From: Sphaerodactylus townsendi
Lineage: Eukaryota
NCBI RefSeq assembly: GCF_021028975.2
Contig: NC_059439.1
Coordinates: forward strand, 19,902,001-19,966,000
Direction of reading: 5' to 3'
Length of the DNA: 64,000 bases
Below are positions 61,579 to 64,000 of this stretch, one piece after another. A program made the position numbers and the translations under genes. How positions within the stretch are numbered: position 1 is the first letter of the stretch; every line of letters begins with the position of its first letter. The notes under the pieces were generated by a model. It was not told the DNA's origin and searched no databases. It was given only the letters and a program-made list of their open reading frames with translations.

Positions 61579-61889
61579 AGCAGCAGTGGCGTAGGAGGTT
61601 AAGAGCGCATGTATCTAATCTGGAGCAACCGGGTTTGATTCCCAGCTCTGCCGCCTGAGCTGTGGAGGCTTATCTGGGGAATTCAGATTAGCCTGTACAC
61701 TCCCACACACGCCAGCTGGGTGACCTTGGGCTAGTCACAGCTTCTCGGAGCTCTCTCAGCCCCACCTACCTCACAGGGTGTTCGTTGTGAGGGGGGAAGG
61801 GCAAGGAGATTGTAAGCCCCTTTGAGTCTCCTACAGGAGAGAAAGGGGGGATATGAATCCAAACTCTTCTTCTTCTTCTTCTTCTTCTT
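61579..61889 (+). mobile_element. Squam3-like SINE
   Basis: Full-length copy with (CTT)n tail. Confidence 0.85.
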
Positions 61890-62908
61890 TGCTTCCAAGA
61901 TTTGATGAGATGGAGTGAATCTGAGCAATCCAGGTTCAGGGAATGATGTTATTTACCACTTGACATTATTCTCCTCCATGCCACAAACATTTTCCATTTC
62001 CTGTTTCTACGGAAGAAACTTTGACTACACAAAGAGGGGCAGGACATTTTTTCAGGTGTGGTAGCAACCTTAGCTGTGGGAATAGCTTTGATTAAGACCA
62101 ACTGAAATAGCACAATATTGGGCAAGTGTCTACTTCTCCAGAGCTCTTCAAAAACCAAGCAAGATTAACTTGTTGGAGTGTAGTGCCATGAAGCGAAGAG
62201 AAAATTAGACCCAAAGTTATGGAAACGATCATCCTTTCCAACGAAAGAATAACATCTCCATTCTGAAGCGGCAGAAATGAACAAGAGTCCAGTAGCCCCT
62301 TCAAGACGAACAAAATTTCACACAGGGTATGAGATTTCGGGACTCACAGATCATCTCTTCAGATACCTGAAGTGATTTTATCTGAAGACATGAGCTGTGG
62401 TTTACAAAAGCTCATGCCTGCTGGAAATTGTGTTCATCTTTAAGGTGCTGCTGGATCTTGCTCTTTTATACCGCTACAGAATGCTACCACAGCTACCCAC
62501 CATAATCTAGGTCATTCTGAAGACACCTGGACCTTTCCAGCTATCTTTTAACCAACATAATTGATTTGAGAAAACAATCATTTTGCTTATGGCTGCCCAG
62601 AAAGAGTCACTCTTTCCATCTTCTCTCTTCCCCTTTATCTCATTCATTAACTAAACTCATTACGAGGAACCTCTGTTATGCCAGTGTCAGGGCAAATCTC
62701 TCTTTGGGGGTAGATTTGTGGCCCTGCAGGAGAGAAAGTGCCCGTTTGCAGGAGAGAAGTTTCTTAAGGGTTTAAGATGGCACTGTTTAAGATGGCACTG
62801 TTTGAGCCCAACATTTAGTTATGAATTCACTTCAACATCCATTTATGGACCAGCTGGATTCAAGTCCAGCAGCACCTCAGGTATTAGTCTTCGAGAGCCA
62901 CAGCTTCC

Positions 62909-62942
62909 TTGTTGTTGTTTGTTTGTTTGTTTGTTTGTTTGT

Positions 62943-62986
<44 letters not shown>
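62909..62986. repeat. Compound (TTTG)n/(TTG)n microsatellite
   Basis: Directly visible. Confidence 0.95.
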
Positions 62987-63292
62987 ATGGGGGGGTTGCC
63001 ATCAAGTCACAGCTGACTCATGGGAACCTTGTTGGATTTCCAAGGCAAGAGAGGTTTGGAGCTGGTTTGCCATTGCTTGACTCCACGTCTTGACCTTGGT
63101 ATTCCTTGACGGCGTCTCCCACTCAAATACTAACCAGAGTCAAATCTGTGAGTGTGTGACCAGTCCATGGTCACTCAGCAAGCGTCCACAGCATGTGGGT
63201 TTTATTCCCATGCTGGCAGGGGCTGATGGGAATTGTAGTCCATGAACATCTGGAGAGCTGCAGGTTGCCGACTCCTGCCTTAACCACTACAC

Positions 63293-63726
63293 CATAGGTG
63301 TCAAACTCGCAGCCCTCCAGATGTTATGGACTACAGATCCCATCATCCTCTGCCAGCGTCATGCTGGCAGGGGATGATGGGAACTGTAGTCATAACATCT
63401 GGAGGGCTGTGAGTTTGACACCTATGCACTATACCAATGGTGGCGAACCTATGGCACTCCAGATGTTCATGGACTACAATTCCCATCAGCCCCTGTCAGC
63501 ATGGCCAATTGGTGTAAGGTTGCAGACCCCTGAATAAAATCCACATGCTGTGGACGCTTGCTGGGTGACCATGGACTGGTCACACACTCACAGATTTGAC
63601 TCTGGTTAGTATTTGAATGGGAGACCCCCTCAAGGAATACTAAGGTCAAGATGTGGCCATGCTGGCAGGAGCTGATGGGAATTGTAGTCCATGAACATCT
63701 GGAGTGCCATAGGTTCGCCACCACGG
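63293..63726. mobile_element. Two adjacent hAT MITEs (63293-63426 and 63435-63726) sharing one target site
   Basis: Target cactacac/cactatac/cactacac at 63285, 63427 and 63727. Confidence 0.75.
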
Positions 63727-64000
63727 CACTACACTGTACCATACTTGATCCTTCTATCTGTCCCTTTAACATCAATGTGATCTGTGAGCAATAATCTGGT
63801 AGTGTGATTTTGTGATTGTGCTCTAGGCCATGAAAAGATCCAATTGTTCATGTCCTAGGGTTTCCAACCTCCAGGTGGGGTCTGGAGCTCTCCTGGAACG
63901 ACTGATCTCCAAACAGCAGAGAAGAGTTTTGGATCAGTTCTAGACACTATGGCATCACATCTTCACCCCCATTCTGCCTCCTGAACTCACCCCCTTTCCC

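Noticed and set aside
53670-62300. Possible relic of a vomeronasal type-2 receptor on the minus strand (GDVIL near 62255, GIVQL near 56590, LGRKL near 53920)
   Set aside because: Only scattered 4-6-residue resemblances with no sustained frame or cysteine pattern. A tblastn/HMM search with V2R proteins would be needed.
62270-62500. Hammerhead in a second Penelope-like terminus (ctgaagacatgagc...caaaagctc)
   Set aside because: The GAAA core is mutated; not supportable as a ribozyme.
1-64000. CRISPR arrays, operons or other prokaryotic systems
   Set aside because: The sequence is intron-containing vertebrate DNA; the repeats are SINEs, MITEs and microsatellites without a repeat-spacer pattern.

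Overview
Repeat-rich vertebrate genomic DNA. The SINE, CR1, L2, RTE, Penelope and hAT repertoire points to a squamate, probably a gecko (inference). The window has three N gaps. From left to right it holds: (1) the last two coding exons of THAP7; (2) a spliced immune gene the ORF track does not assemble, made of an NLRP3-type pyrin domain (PYD) exon, a short linker exon and a complete PRY-SPRY/B30.2 exon. All three junctions are phase 1 and in frame, giving about 302 aa with no NACHT/LRR and no RING/B-box/coiled coil, behind a candidate ISRE/kB/ETS promoter; (3) a tandem duplication (units of about 9 kb and 7.3 kb) that breaks inside the SPRY exon, leaving a second truncated SPRY copy and two copies of a family-2-like olfactory receptor, one frameshifted and one intact; (4) a divergently oriented pair of OR5V1-like receptors, one with a 1-bp frameshift; (5) many transposon relics with readable target-site duplications (TSDs), including Penelope termini with intact minimal hammerhead ribozymes. 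The best candidate for an undescribed system is the minimal PYD-B30.2 ('mini-pyrin') sensor gene. All calls were made by eye from the sequence; no database search was run.
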